DNA from: Methanosphaera stadtmanae DSM 3091
GTDB taxonomy: Archaea; Methanobacteriota; Methanobacteria; Methanobacteriales; Methanobacteriaceae
Assembly (NCBI RefSeq): GCF_000012545.1
Contig: NC_007681.1
Coordinates: 1,200,001-1,232,000, forward strand
DNA length: 32,000 bases
Direction: 5' to 3'
Shown here piece by piece: positions 1-7,897 of the stretch (position 1 is the stretch's first letter; every line of letters begins with the position of its first letter). The notes under the pieces were generated by a model, which worked only from the letters and a program-made list of their open reading frames with translations, was not told where the DNA came from and did not search any database. Both the position numbers and the translations under genes were made by a program.

Positions 1-580
1 TTTCCTCTGTAGTTTCTATTGCTTCTTCAATTAAATCAGGAACTGTGTATAATTGAGTTAGTATTTCTTCTGATTCTTTAGTTTTTATCATATTGAAGAA
101 TATAACATACAATGCAAATAATTGTGTTACATATGTTTTTGTACCTAAAATAGCCACTTCTTCTCCACATAATGTTATTATTGCATCATCAGCTTCTTTT
201 GCCATGGAACTATCACTGACATTTGTAATAGCTACTGTTTTTAAATTATATTCTTTTGCTTTTCTTAGAGCTGAAAGTGTATCTGATGTTTCACCAGATT
301 GTGATGTTAAAATAACACCCATATTACTATCTTTTACTAGATATTGATGATCAGTAAAATCAAAACCTGTTTGTACATCAATATTAATATCAGACAGGGA
401 TTTTATTGCATCACGTATCGTATAACAAGTAGAAATAGAGCTTCCACAACCTATTAAAAATATTTTATCAAGATTAAGAAATTCTTTAGATATGTATTCC
501 ATGTGTCTTTTTTCAGATTCTATTGTACGTCGTAAAGAAATTGGTTGATCTTTAATTTCTTGATACATAGCATATTTCAT
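1..580 (-). CDS. SIS-domain sugar-phosphate isomerase-like protein (GlmS isomerase-domain-like); N-terminal ~193 codons only, C-terminus runs off the left edge
   Basis: I translated the minus strand from the ATG at complement 578-580: MKYAMYQEIKDQPISLRRTIESEKRHMEYISKEFLNLDKIFLIGCGSSISTCYTIRDAIKS...GVILTSQSGETSDTLSALRKAKEYNLKTVAITNVSDSSMAKEAD. GCGSS and SQSGETSD are classic SIS phosphosugar-binding motifs. A GGGAGAT SD-like sequence lies just upstream. The gene is missing from the ORF track because it is open at the window edge. Confidence 0.75.
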   Translation of the reverse strand, partial: MKYAMYQEIKDQPISLRRTIESEKRHMEYISKEFLNLDKIFLIGCGSSISTCYTIRDAIKSLSDINIDVQTGFDFTDHQYLVKDSNMGVILTSQSGETSDTLSALRKAKEYNLKTVAITNVSDSSMAKEADDAIITLCGEEVAILGTKTYVTQLFALYVIFFNMIKTKESEEILTQLYTVPDLIEEAIETTEE

Positions 581-762
581 TGAACTTATCTCCCAGTTTA
601 ATGTTTGAAAACATGATTCCATTTAATTAATTTATTTTTTTTGAATATGATGTTTATTAAAAAAAATGTATAATTATATTTAGTTATATCTCTTTAATTA
701 TATAATAATTATCTTAAATATAGAATATGTTATGAATTCAGTTTTAATTATTAGTGAAAAGA

Positions 763-1104
763 TTAGTTTGTATATATATCATATACTTGTAATACATATA
801 ATAAAAAATATGTTATTAGTAATAATAAAGCAACAAAACTTGCATCTATATAACAAATCATATTGTAACATAAACTTATAAGTGCATATAAAATGAAAAA
901 TATTGGAATTAATAAGAAAAACAATATACCTTTATGCCATTGCTTTAGATAGAAATAACTAAATCCTGGAAAAAATAACGATAAAATCATTGCTAACTTC
1001 ATATTTTTAGATGTTTTATTATGATTTTGTGATAATATAGAACCACAGAACCTGCAAATATCATTTTCATCAGGATTTTCATAACCACATAGTTGACATT
1101 TCAT
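763..1104 (-). CDS. Zinc-ribbon + TM2-like two-helix membrane protein, paralog 1
   Basis: The track ORF 763..1125 begins at a TTG. The in-frame ATG at 1104 gives MKCQLCGYENPDENDICRFCG, which matches the N-termini of the two paralogs and is preceded by GAGAGTGAT. It has a CxxC-x10-CxxC ribbon, then a hydrophobic hairpin containing FFPGFSYFYLKQWHKGILFFLL. Confidence 0.7.
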   Translation of the reverse strand: MKCQLCGYENPDENDICRFCGSILSQNHNKTSKNMKLAMILSLFFPGFSYFYLKQWHKGILFFLLIPIFFILYALISLCYNMICYIDASFVALLLLITYFLLYVLQVYDIYTN

Positions 1105-1108
1105 AACA

Positions 1109-1612
1109 TCACTCTCTTTTATCAAATTCAGTAGCAGTAACCAAGATATTTATAAGATATAATATTATACATGTTGTAAACATGATTAATACTATTGTTT
1201 GCTGTTTTAATAATGCATATAATAAAAATGCAAATATGAATAAAAATATTTCTCCAAAGAAGAATAAACATCCTTTTTTAATATCTTTTATATAAAAACA
1301 ACCCATTCCACATATAAATGAAGAGAATAATATTGCAATAACTTTTCTTTCATTATAATCTTTATTTTGATTAATTGAATTTGAGTTTATATTTTTAAAA
1401 TAATTGTTGTTACTTGTATTATATTTTTCTTCTAAAAATTTATGATATAACTGTTTTAGGGTATTATTAGACAAATTATCTTCTTGAGTAATGCTATGAT
1501 TAAATTTAAAATTATCTACATTAGAAAATTCTAATCTTTTAGAACAATGAATACAATATGTATATTCATCAGGATTTTCAAAATTACAATAAATACATTT
1601 AACCACAAACAT
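1109..1612 (-). CDS. Zinc-ribbon + TM2-like two-helix membrane protein, paralog 2
   Basis: The N-terminus KCIYCNFENPDEYTYCIHCS is a CxxC-x10-CxxC ribbon. It is followed by an N/K-rich linker and a C-terminal hydrophobic hairpin with ICGMGCFYIKDIKKGCLFFFG. Its stop lies 4 nt upstream of the paralog 1 ATG, so the two are a tandem pair. Confidence 0.7.
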   Translation of the reverse strand: MFVVKCIYCNFENPDEYTYCIHCSKRLEFSNVDNFKFNHSITQEDNLSNNTLKQLYHKFLEEKYNTSNNNYFKNINSNSINQNKDYNERKVIAILFSSFICGMGCFYIKDIKKGCLFFFGEIFLFIFAFLLYALLKQQTIVLIMFTTCIILYLINILVTATEFDKRE

Positions 1613-1709
1613 AGCCTCACTTATTTTTAAATAAATAATATATAATTATTATTTTATATATTTTTATAAGAATATAAATAAAATCAGTGAAAATTAGGAA
1701 GTTAGTGTT

Positions 1710-2438
1710 ATGATAATAGATAATTTAACTATTGGAAAATATATATCAAGACCAAATCGTTTTACAATCGAATTTAAAGATAAAGATAAAGCAATTACAC
1801 TGGCCCATTTACATGATCCTGGACGTTTAAAAGAACTATTAATTCCAAATACTGATGTTTTATTGAAATATATTAATACATATAAAGAAACTGGACGTAA
1901 AACTAAGTATGATGTTATAGCCATTAAAAATAAAAATAATTGGATCTTACTAAATAGTAGTTATCATAATAAATTAGTGGAAGAATTAATTAATACTAAA
2001 GAAATTAATAGTCTTGAAAATTTTCACATAGACAAACCTGAAATTAAATATAAAAATAGTAGAATAGATTTTTTATTGAAGGATGATAAAAACAATCCAC
2101 TATATTTAGAAGTAAAAGGTTGCACTTTAGTTGAAGATACTACTGCTAAGTTTCCTGATGCTCCTACTAAAAGAGGAAAAAAACACGTGGAAGAACTTAT
2201 GGAAATTCATGAAAAGGGCATTTTTACTATGGTGTTAATATTAGTTTTACATAATGATGCAGACGAATTTAAGCCAAATTATGACACTGATATTGATTTT
2301 AGCCAAACACTCCATGAAGCATATATAAGTGGTGTTAAAATATATCCCTTAAAAATAAATACTGAATTAAAAAATAACAGTATTATTCTAAAAAAAGATA
2401 GGATTTTATCAATAAAATTCAAGGAGAGAAATAAATGA
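1710..2438 (+). CDS. sfsA: SfsA family protein (sugar fermentation stimulation protein A homolog; OB-fold + PD-(D/E)XK-like nuclease fold)
   Basis: The 242-aa product has typical SfsA features: RPNRF near the N-terminus, HLHDPGRLKELL, RIDFLL...LYLEVKGCTL (a D...E-x-K signature) and FPDAPTKRGKKHVEEL. An AGGAAG SD-like sequence lies upstream. Confidence 0.85.
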   Translation: MIIDNLTIGKYISRPNRFTIEFKDKDKAITLAHLHDPGRLKELLIPNTDVLLKYINTYKETGRKTKYDVIAIKNKNNWILLNSSYHNKLVEELINTKEINSLENFHIDKPEIKYKNSRIDFLLKDDKNNPLYLEVKGCTLVEDTTAKFPDAPTKRGKKHVEELMEIHEKGIFTMVLILVLHNDADEFKPNYDTDIDFSQTLHEAYISGVKIYPLKINTELKNNSIILKKDRILSIKFKERNK

Positions 2439-2881
2439 AATGTGATAGATGTAACTTTGAAAATCCAGAAAATGAATCGTACTGTATAAATTGTGGTCAG
2501 AAATTACCTGAAAAACCAATGGTAACACATATTATTGTTAAATTTTCTAATAAAATCCCTAAAAACAATGAAAACAATAACTATTATTCTGTTACATATA
2601 GAGGTCCTGATAATACTGAAATTAACGATACTGCATATGGATGTATTAAAAAGACCATGAAAGATAATAAGAAATTGTTTATTGCCATTATTTTAAATTT
2701 AATTGTTGCAGGTACAGGTCATTTATATCTTAAAAGATACTATAGGGGTATAATTTTCTTAATACTTACTATTGGTTTATGTCTTACTTCATTATATAAT
2801 TCCCAATTTGTTAATTTAGTAATTAGTGCTTATGTAATACAAACAATCGATGTGATTTTTTGTTACTATGAAAGACAATGA
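2435..2881 (+). CDS. Zinc-ribbon + TM2-like two-helix membrane protein, paralog 3
   Basis: The N-terminus MKCDRCNFENPENESYCINCG is a CxxC-x10-CxxC ribbon. The C-terminal hairpin contains VAGTGHLYLKRYYRGIIFLIL. The start overlaps the sfsA stop (ATGA at 2435-2438), and a strong AAGGAGAG SD sits inside the sfsA 3' end. Confidence 0.75.
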   Translation: MKCDRCNFENPENESYCINCGQKLPEKPMVTHIIVKFSNKIPKNNENNNYYSVTYRGPDNTEINDTAYGCIKKTMKDNKKLFIAIILNLIVAGTGHLYLKRYYRGIIFLILTIGLCLTSLYNSQFVNLVISAYVIQTIDVIFCYYERQ

Positions 2882-3022
2882 GTTTTTAATATAGAAATTA
2901 TTATTGTATTTTAAATATATACATTATAATACAAAAAAATTAATTATTTATAAAAAATAAATATAATATATAATTATTCATTATACTAACAGTTGTTATT
3001 ATAAATTAATACGAGGATATAC

Positions 3023-3298
3023 ATGGCAAGTCGAATCATAGAAGGATATAAATTATATAAGAACAATGATGTAATTATTGAACATTATGAACCCGACCAT
3101 GTGATTTTTAAGGTTAAAAATAACAAAAATACTGATTATTACATTGTATCTATGATATATGGATATTGGAATTGTGATTGTGCAGATTACCAGTTTAGAA
3201 ATCAACGAAATCCTGGTAGTTTTTATTGTAAACATTTACAAGCAGCACAATTTAAACTTCACGACCTATTAGAAAATAAAAAGGAAGGAAATTCATGA
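3023..3298 (+). CDS. Small SWIM-type zinc-finger protein (91 aa)
   Basis: WNCDCADYQFRNQRNPGSFYCKHLQAAQ fits the SWIM CxC-x(n)-CxH signature. An ACGAGGA SD-like sequence lies upstream. Confidence 0.7.
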   Translation: MASRIIEGYKLYKNNDVIIEHYEPDHVIFKVKNNKNTDYYIVSMIYGYWNCDCADYQFRNQRNPGSFYCKHLQAAQFKLHDLLENKKEGNS

Positions 3299-3495
3299 AA
3301 ATAGAAGAATTATTAAAACCATGCCCAGAATGTGGATCTAAAGATAAAACCCAACATAGAGATTTTGATAATGAATTTAAAGCTTATGGTTCTAATGGTG
3401 AACTAAAATGTTCTAACTGCGGACATATCTTTATTACACGTGATGAAGCTATAGATCGTAGAAGAGAATCAGAAAAACAATTAGAAAATAAATAA
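3295..3495 (+). CDS. Small zinc-ribbon protein (66 aa)
   Basis: The CPECG...CSNCG pair of Cys knuckles indicates a zinc ribbon. The start overlaps the SWIM gene stop (ATGA at 3295-3298) and is preceded by an AAGGAAGGA SD. Confidence 0.6.
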   Translation: MKIEELLKPCPECGSKDKTQHRDFDNEFKAYGSNGELKCSNCGHIFITRDEAIDRRRESEKQLENK

Positions 3496-3517
3496 ATTAA
3501 ATGTAGGAGTTAATATT

Positions 3518-3682
3518 ATGATAGTAGAAGAATTTTGTATGTATTGTGGAGCTTGTGCAGGTGTGTGTGTAGCTGATGCTATAGAAGTACAAGAACTTAA
3601 AATCATAATCGATGAAGAAAAATGTACTAAATGTGGATTATGTGTAAAAACATGTCCTGTTGAAGCTTTAAAATTAGAATAG
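3518..3682 (+). CDS. 2x[4Fe-4S] dicluster ferredoxin (54 aa), not in the ORF track
   Basis: My own translation is MIVEEFCMYCGACAGVCVADAIEVQELKIIIDEEKCTKCGLCVKTCPVEALKLE*. It contains two CxxCxxCxxxC(P) motifs. A TAGGAGT SD lies 7 nt upstream. The stop is 1 nt before the first ATG of the geranylgeranyl reductase gene. Confidence 0.8.
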   Translation: MIVEEFCMYCGACAGVCVADAIEVQELKIIIDEEKCTKCGLCVKTCPVEALKLE

Positions 3683-3683
3683 G

Positions 3684-4874
3684 ATGATATTCATGATTGA
3701 AACTGATATTTTAGTAGTTGGAGCAGGACCTTCAGGATCACTAGCAGCAAAAGAAGCAGCATTACATGGTGCTGATGTTATATTAATAGATAGAAAATCT
3801 GAAATAGGATCACCAAAACGTTGTGCTGAAGGAGTTTCCAAGGATGGATTAGCACAATTAGGTATTAAACCTGATCCTAGATGGATTGCACGGGATTTAT
3901 ATGGGGTAAGATTAGTATCACCAAATAATACAAGTGTATGGATGGATAATAATACTATTAAAATACCTGAAGCAGGATATATACTTGAAAGAAAAGTATT
4001 TGATAAACATATGGCAATGGATGCTGCACGTGCTGGTGCTAAAATAATGATAAAAACAAATGCTACTTCCCTAAAAAGAGTAGATGATGGAATTATTGTT
4101 AGTACAAACCATATGGGTAAAGACATAGATATACATGCTAAAATTGTAATTGCCGCTGATGGACCTGAATCTCGTATAGGTAGATGGGCTGGACTTGAAT
4201 GTAACACAGAATTTAAATATATGGAATCCTGTATACAATTTGAAATGGCTGGAGTTAATATGGAAAACAATAGGGATATTGCATTGTTCTTTGGAAGTGT
4301 TGCTCCAGGAGGATATGTATGGATATTCCCTAAAGGTGATGACATAGCAAATGTTGGTATTGGAGTTCTTAAAAATAAAACCAATAAAACAGCATATGAA
4401 CATTTAATGGAATTTATAAAAACTTGTCCTGAAACTAAAGATGCTCAACCTGTTGAAATAAATGTTGGTGGAGATCCTGTTGGTGGAATTATTAAAGATA
4501 GAATTGGAGATAACATTCTTGTTGTTGGAGATGCTGCAGGTTTTGTAAATTCTTTAACTGGTGGTGGAATTAATTCTGCACTTGAATCTGGTGTATATGC
4601 TGGAATTGTTGCAGCTCAAGCTATTAAAGATGGAGATTATAGTAAAAACAATCTTAAAGAATATGTTTCATTAACTGATGAACATATTGGTAAACATTAT
4701 AAGAAATATAATAAAGCTAAAGAATATCTTTTATCATTAGAAGATGAAGAACTTGATGAAATTGCTGAAGAATTTGCAAAAGCTGACTTTGAAGAAGTAA
4801 ATCCAAGAACATTAATTAAAATGTTAATTAAGGTTTCACCTAAAGCTTTAGTTAAATTAGGTAAATTATTCTAA
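3684..4874 (+). CDS. Geranylgeranyl reductase family flavoprotein (digeranylgeranylglycerophospholipid reductase-like)
   Basis: It has an FAD-binding GxGxxG motif (DILVVGAGPSGSLAAKEAA), then RKVFDKHMA, AADG, and GDAAGFVNSLTGGGI near the C-terminal part. An alternative start at ATG 3693 (MIETDILVVG) is preceded by AGGATGAT and may be the true one. Confidence 0.85.
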   Translation: MIFMIETDILVVGAGPSGSLAAKEAALHGADVILIDRKSEIGSPKRCAEGVSKDGLAQLGIKPDPRWIARDLYGVRLVSPNNTSVWMDNNTIKIPEAGYILERKVFDKHMAMDAARAGAKIMIKTNATSLKRVDDGIIVSTNHMGKDIDIHAKIVIAADGPESRIGRWAGLECNTEFKYMESCIQFEMAGVNMENNRDIALFFGSVAPGGYVWIFPKGDDIANVGIGVLKNKTNKTAYEHLMEFIKTCPETKDAQPVEINVGGDPVGGIIKDRIGDNILVVGDAAGFVNSLTGGGINSALESGVYAGIVAAQAIKDGDYSKNNLKEYVSLTDEHIGKHYKKYNKAKEYLLSLEDEELDEIAEEFAKADFEEVNPRTLIKMLIKVSPKALVKLGKLF

Positions 4875-4908
4875 AACTCTTATTTACCCCTTTTTTAAGG
4901 AAGATAAT

Positions 4909-5829
4909 ATGAAAAATGCAAAAATACCCTGTATAACAGAATTATCCTTACATAGACCTGAAGTTGTTAGATGGCAACAACGTATGCAACTACTCAAACC
5001 ATATACAGATACTGTAGTTGTATTACCTTGTAGTATGAAAAAACCTTATTCCCAATCTAAATCACATACATTATTTCGAAAGTACACAAAAGGTTTACAA
5101 GAAGTTATATTAACTTCTCCTTTTGGAATCTGTCCAAGAGAAATGGAAAAAACATACCCTATTCAATCATATGATGCTTCAACAACAGGTGATTGGTCTG
5201 ATGAAGAAATAAAAACTTCTGGTAAATGTTTAAAAGATTATGTTGGAGATAGAAAAGTTATTGCTCATGTAAGTGGTGGTTATAGAGCAGCTTGTGAAGA
5301 ATATCTAGATAATGTTGTTTATACATGTACTGATGGAAATACACGTTCAAACAAATCTCTAGAAAATCTTAAAATAGCTGTTAAAAAGGCTGATAAAGTA
5401 AGTCAATCAAAGCATAGAATTCATGATCTACAATCAATAGCTAGATATCAATTTAACACTAAAAAAGCAGATAAATTAATACCTGAAAATACACAGACTC
5501 GTGGTCGTTTTAATACTAGAATTTTAGTTGATAAAACCCAAATTGCAACACTACACTTTGAAACTGGATTATATACATTAAATTTACCTGCTGGTGAAAT
5601 ATTAAAAGAAGAAAAAATTAATAGAGTGTTTATTAATTTTGATTTACAATCAAATACTTTATTTACACCAGGAATTGATGATGCTGATGAAAATATTATA
5701 CCTAATGATGAAGTTGTTATTATAAATAATGATGAAGTTGTAGGTGTTGGTAAATCAACAATGAGTGGAAAAGAATTAGTAGAATCTACTAAAGGTGTTG
5801 GTGTTAAAATTAGACACCAGATAAAATAA
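4909..5829 (+). CDS. ArcS-motif (DUF5591-like) + PUA domain protein; short archaeosine-synthase-like protein lacking the TGT-like N-domain
   Basis: LPCSMKKPYSQSKSH (nt 5026-5067) matches the ArcS signature PC-x3-KPY-x2-S-x2-H exactly. The C-terminal VVIINNDEVVGVGKSTMSGKELVESTKGVGVKIRH looks like a PUA domain. At 306 aa it is too short to hold a TGT-like barrel. Confidence 0.65.
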   Translation: MKNAKIPCITELSLHRPEVVRWQQRMQLLKPYTDTVVVLPCSMKKPYSQSKSHTLFRKYTKGLQEVILTSPFGICPREMEKTYPIQSYDASTTGDWSDEEIKTSGKCLKDYVGDRKVIAHVSGGYRAACEEYLDNVVYTCTDGNTRSNKSLENLKIAVKKADKVSQSKHRIHDLQSIARYQFNTKKADKLIPENTQTRGRFNTRILVDKTQIATLHFETGLYTLNLPAGEILKEEKINRVFINFDLQSNTLFTPGIDDADENIIPNDEVVIINNDEVVGVGKSTMSGKELVESTKGVGVKIRHQIK

Positions 5830-5882
5830 AAAAATATATAAAAAATAAATTTAAAAGTAATTAATAAATAGGAGATAAAAAA

Positions 5883-6182
5883 ATGGTAGATGGCAATATA
5901 AAAGATGAAATTCAAGATAAATTATCACTTATAGCTGATCCTCATATGGGTATTAGTATTGTTGAAATGGGACTTGTAAGAGATATTACTGTTGATGAAG
6001 CTAATAAAACAGCAAAAGTTGTTTTATCCCCAACAAATCCAGGATGTATGAGTATTGCTAATGTAGCAATGGCATCCAAATTAGAAATTGAAAAATTAGA
6101 CAGTATTGATAAAGCTGAAATAGAAGTTATTGATCATATGATGGCAGACACCATCAATGAAATGGTTAATAAGGAAGAATAA
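5883..6182 (+). CDS. DUF59/MIP18-family (SufT/PaaD-like) Fe-S cluster assembly-related protein
   Basis: The 99-aa product has DPHMGISIVEMGLVRDI and SPTNPGCMS, the conserved Cys-containing motif of the family. A TAGGAGAT SD lies upstream. Confidence 0.7.
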   Translation: MVDGNIKDEIQDKLSLIADPHMGISIVEMGLVRDITVDEANKTAKVVLSPTNPGCMSIANVAMASKLEIEKLDSIDKAEIEVIDHMMADTINEMVNKEE

Positions 6183-6215
6183 TTTTTTAATTCATTATTT
6201 AGATAAAAAAATCAT

Positions 6216-6245
6216 TTTGATGTATTTTTACATCAAATTTTTTTT
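6216..6245 (+). terminator. Hairpin + T8 terminator after the DUF59 gene
   Basis: TTTGATGTA (6216-6224) and TACATCAAA (6229-6237) are perfect complements with a TTTT loop. Eight T's (6238-6245) follow directly. Confidence 0.6.
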
Positions 6246-6339
6246 GAAAAAAATAAAAACCACAAAGTATATATATTAAGTACATACAATATAGTAATAG
6301 TTGCTTAAGTACAACTATAAAACTGATTTTGATTAGTAA

Positions 6340-6414
6340 GGGCGCGTGGCTCAGCTTGGTTAGCGCGCACGGCTGATAACCGTGAGGTCATGGGTTCGAA
6401 TCCCATCGTGCCCA
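6340..6414 (+). tRNA. tRNA-Ile (anticodon GAU), no encoded CCA, no intron
   Basis: I folded the 75 nt by hand. The acceptor pairs GGGCGCG with CGTGCCC (one G-U). The anticodon stem is CACGG/CCGTG with loop CTGATAA, giving anticodon GAT. The T arm is ATGGG-TTCGAAT-CCCAT and the discriminator is A. The D stem has one mismatch. The element is a GC-rich island in AT-rich DNA. Confidence 0.9.
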
Positions 6415-6639
6415 CTTTATAAACTATTTTACTAAAAATAAATATTTATAGATATTATTTTTATATTAAAAAGAATATAACTTATTTTTCCAAAATTCTA
6501 AAGAATATTTAATGGAATATAAAATATATTAAAAAATACTTATACTTATTCTAGAATAAAAAAAAGATATTTTATATGATTATACTCAGTAAAACTAGAT
6601 TTATCCACATAAGTACTATCTTAAGAAAAAAAATATTTT

Positions 6640-7686
6640 TTATAAATTTTCCAAGATAAAATCAACTAATGTATCTGTTCCATGTATTATATTACTAGAA
6701 TATTTTTTTGTTGCTTTTTTCATTTCTAATTCATTAGATAATGCATCATTTACAACACTAGTTATGTTATCTACATTACTCTCTATTACTGCCCCATCAA
6801 ATACTTTAGATAATCCATGATATCTTCCATATTTCACACCAACAACTACCACAACAGGTATTTCACATGCTATTGTTTCATGTAATGTTGCTCCATCATC
6901 TGTTATTACAGCTAAATCAATCAAGTCATATAGATGTTTAATGTAATTTATATATCCTAAATTCATGATATTAGGATAATCAACAATATCTCTAACAACA
7001 TCGTTTAAAGGTTCACCTATTAAGAAAATATTTATATTATCTGATTCCTCTGCATATTTACGTACTGCTTTTGCCATGTCCTCAAATAAAGTGGATCCAG
7101 AAGAGAAAAGTACTGATTTTTTAGTTGAATTATAATTATCCGGCAAAATATCTAGGATATTTTCTTTATCACCATTAACAATATCAGTTTTGATTGGTAT
7201 ATAATTATCAATTGAAGGATATTTTGAAATATTATTTTTTGAATTAAATAGTGGTGATTCTGGTAATAAAATTGTAGGATTACATTTAATAGAAATTTTT
7301 GTATCATTTGGTGTTGAAACTACACCAACTACAGGTACACCTGATAATTTAGCAGCTAAACATCCTACTACTACACCCCCACCAATAATTCCAACAACAC
7401 CATCTGCTTTTTCAGATTTAATAAGAAGTGATGCTTGAATTATGGCTTTTATTGTTTTCAAACCTGCTTTAAATAGGTTAAGTTTTGTTGATGCATGACC
7501 CCCTGCTGCTGGAATTGATGATTTAAGCCAAGAAATATTTTTATTTTTATAATAATATCCTTGAGCTTTAGAATCTAGCACTATTTTTGTAGAAATATTT
7601 CTTTCATTTAATGCTTCTGAAATAGTATGTGCTATTACTGCATCACCACCTATTCCCCTACCTGTTACAAATAATAATAATTTCAT
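6640..7686 (-). CDS. MurG-like GT-B fold glycosyltransferase-like protein, paralog A
   Basis: The 348-aa product has an N-terminal Gly-rich loop (FVTGRGIGGDAV). Mid-protein KADGVVGIIGGGVVVGCLAAKLSGVPVVGV resembles the MurG 'pDvVvgfGGY...aa...giP' region. C-terminal LIDLAVITDDGATLHETIACEIPVVVV resembles the MurG/GT28 C-domain 'aDlvisRaGa.T..E....g.P.i.iP'. The family assignment rests on my motif recognition only. Confidence 0.5.
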   Translation of the reverse strand: MKLLLFVTGRGIGGDAVIAHTISEALNERNISTKIVLDSKAQGYYYKNKNISWLKSSIPAAGGHASTKLNLFKAGLKTIKAIIQASLLIKSEKADGVVGIIGGGVVVGCLAAKLSGVPVVGVVSTPNDTKISIKCNPTILLPESPLFNSKNNISKYPSIDNYIPIKTDIVNGDKENILDILPDNYNSTKKSVLFSSGSTLFEDMAKAVRKYAEESDNINIFLIGEPLNDVVRDIVDYPNIMNLGYINYIKHLYDLIDLAVITDDGATLHETIACEIPVVVVVGVKYGRYHGLSKVFDGAVIESNVDNITSVVNDALSNELEMKKATKKYSSNIIHGTDTLVDFILENL

Positions 7687-7897
7687 TTATTTTACCTACT
7701 GATATATTTTCATATAAACATATTATATTTATAAATAATACTAATATGTATTGAAAAATATTAAATTTTTCTTTTTATGGACTATAAAAAAAGGTATGAA
7801 AATATAATCTAATATAAATACTTAAAAATAAGTTTAAATTAATAATAAGTTAATTTTAAAAAAAAGATAGTGTTTAATAAAAAAAAGAATGAAGAAT

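Noticed and set aside
93-347. 84-aa + strand ORF from the track
   Set aside because: It lies entirely antisense to the well-supported SIS-domain gene (1-580, minus strand). The product has no recognisable motifs and there is no SD, so it is a shadow ORF.
1105-1125. TTG-initiated 7-codon extension of zinc-ribbon paralog 1 that overlaps paralog 2
   Set aside because: The ATG at 1104 gives an N-terminus (MKCQLCGY) parallel to paralog 3 (MKCDRCNF). It also removes the overlap.
3674-4403. Minus-strand ORFs of 236 aa and 110 aa inside the GGR gene
   Set aside because: They are antisense to a gene with clear FAD-binding motifs. Their composition is low-complexity and Ser/Pro/Ile-rich, typical of shadow frames, and they lack translation signals.
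5448-5915. 155-aa minus-strand ORF overlapping the ArcS-like gene 3' end, and similar antisense ORFs in other genes (e.g. 1694-1924, 3053-3235, 9525-9785, 9992-10222, 11134-11370, 12492-12740, 12990-13175, 13747-13944, 14405-14651, 16074-16316, 16437-16706, 21924-22115, 22929-23135, 27553-27870, 28946-29179, 29826-30008)
   Set aside because: Each one overlaps a motif-supported gene on the opposite strand and has no independent support. I treat them as AT-rich shadow ORFs.
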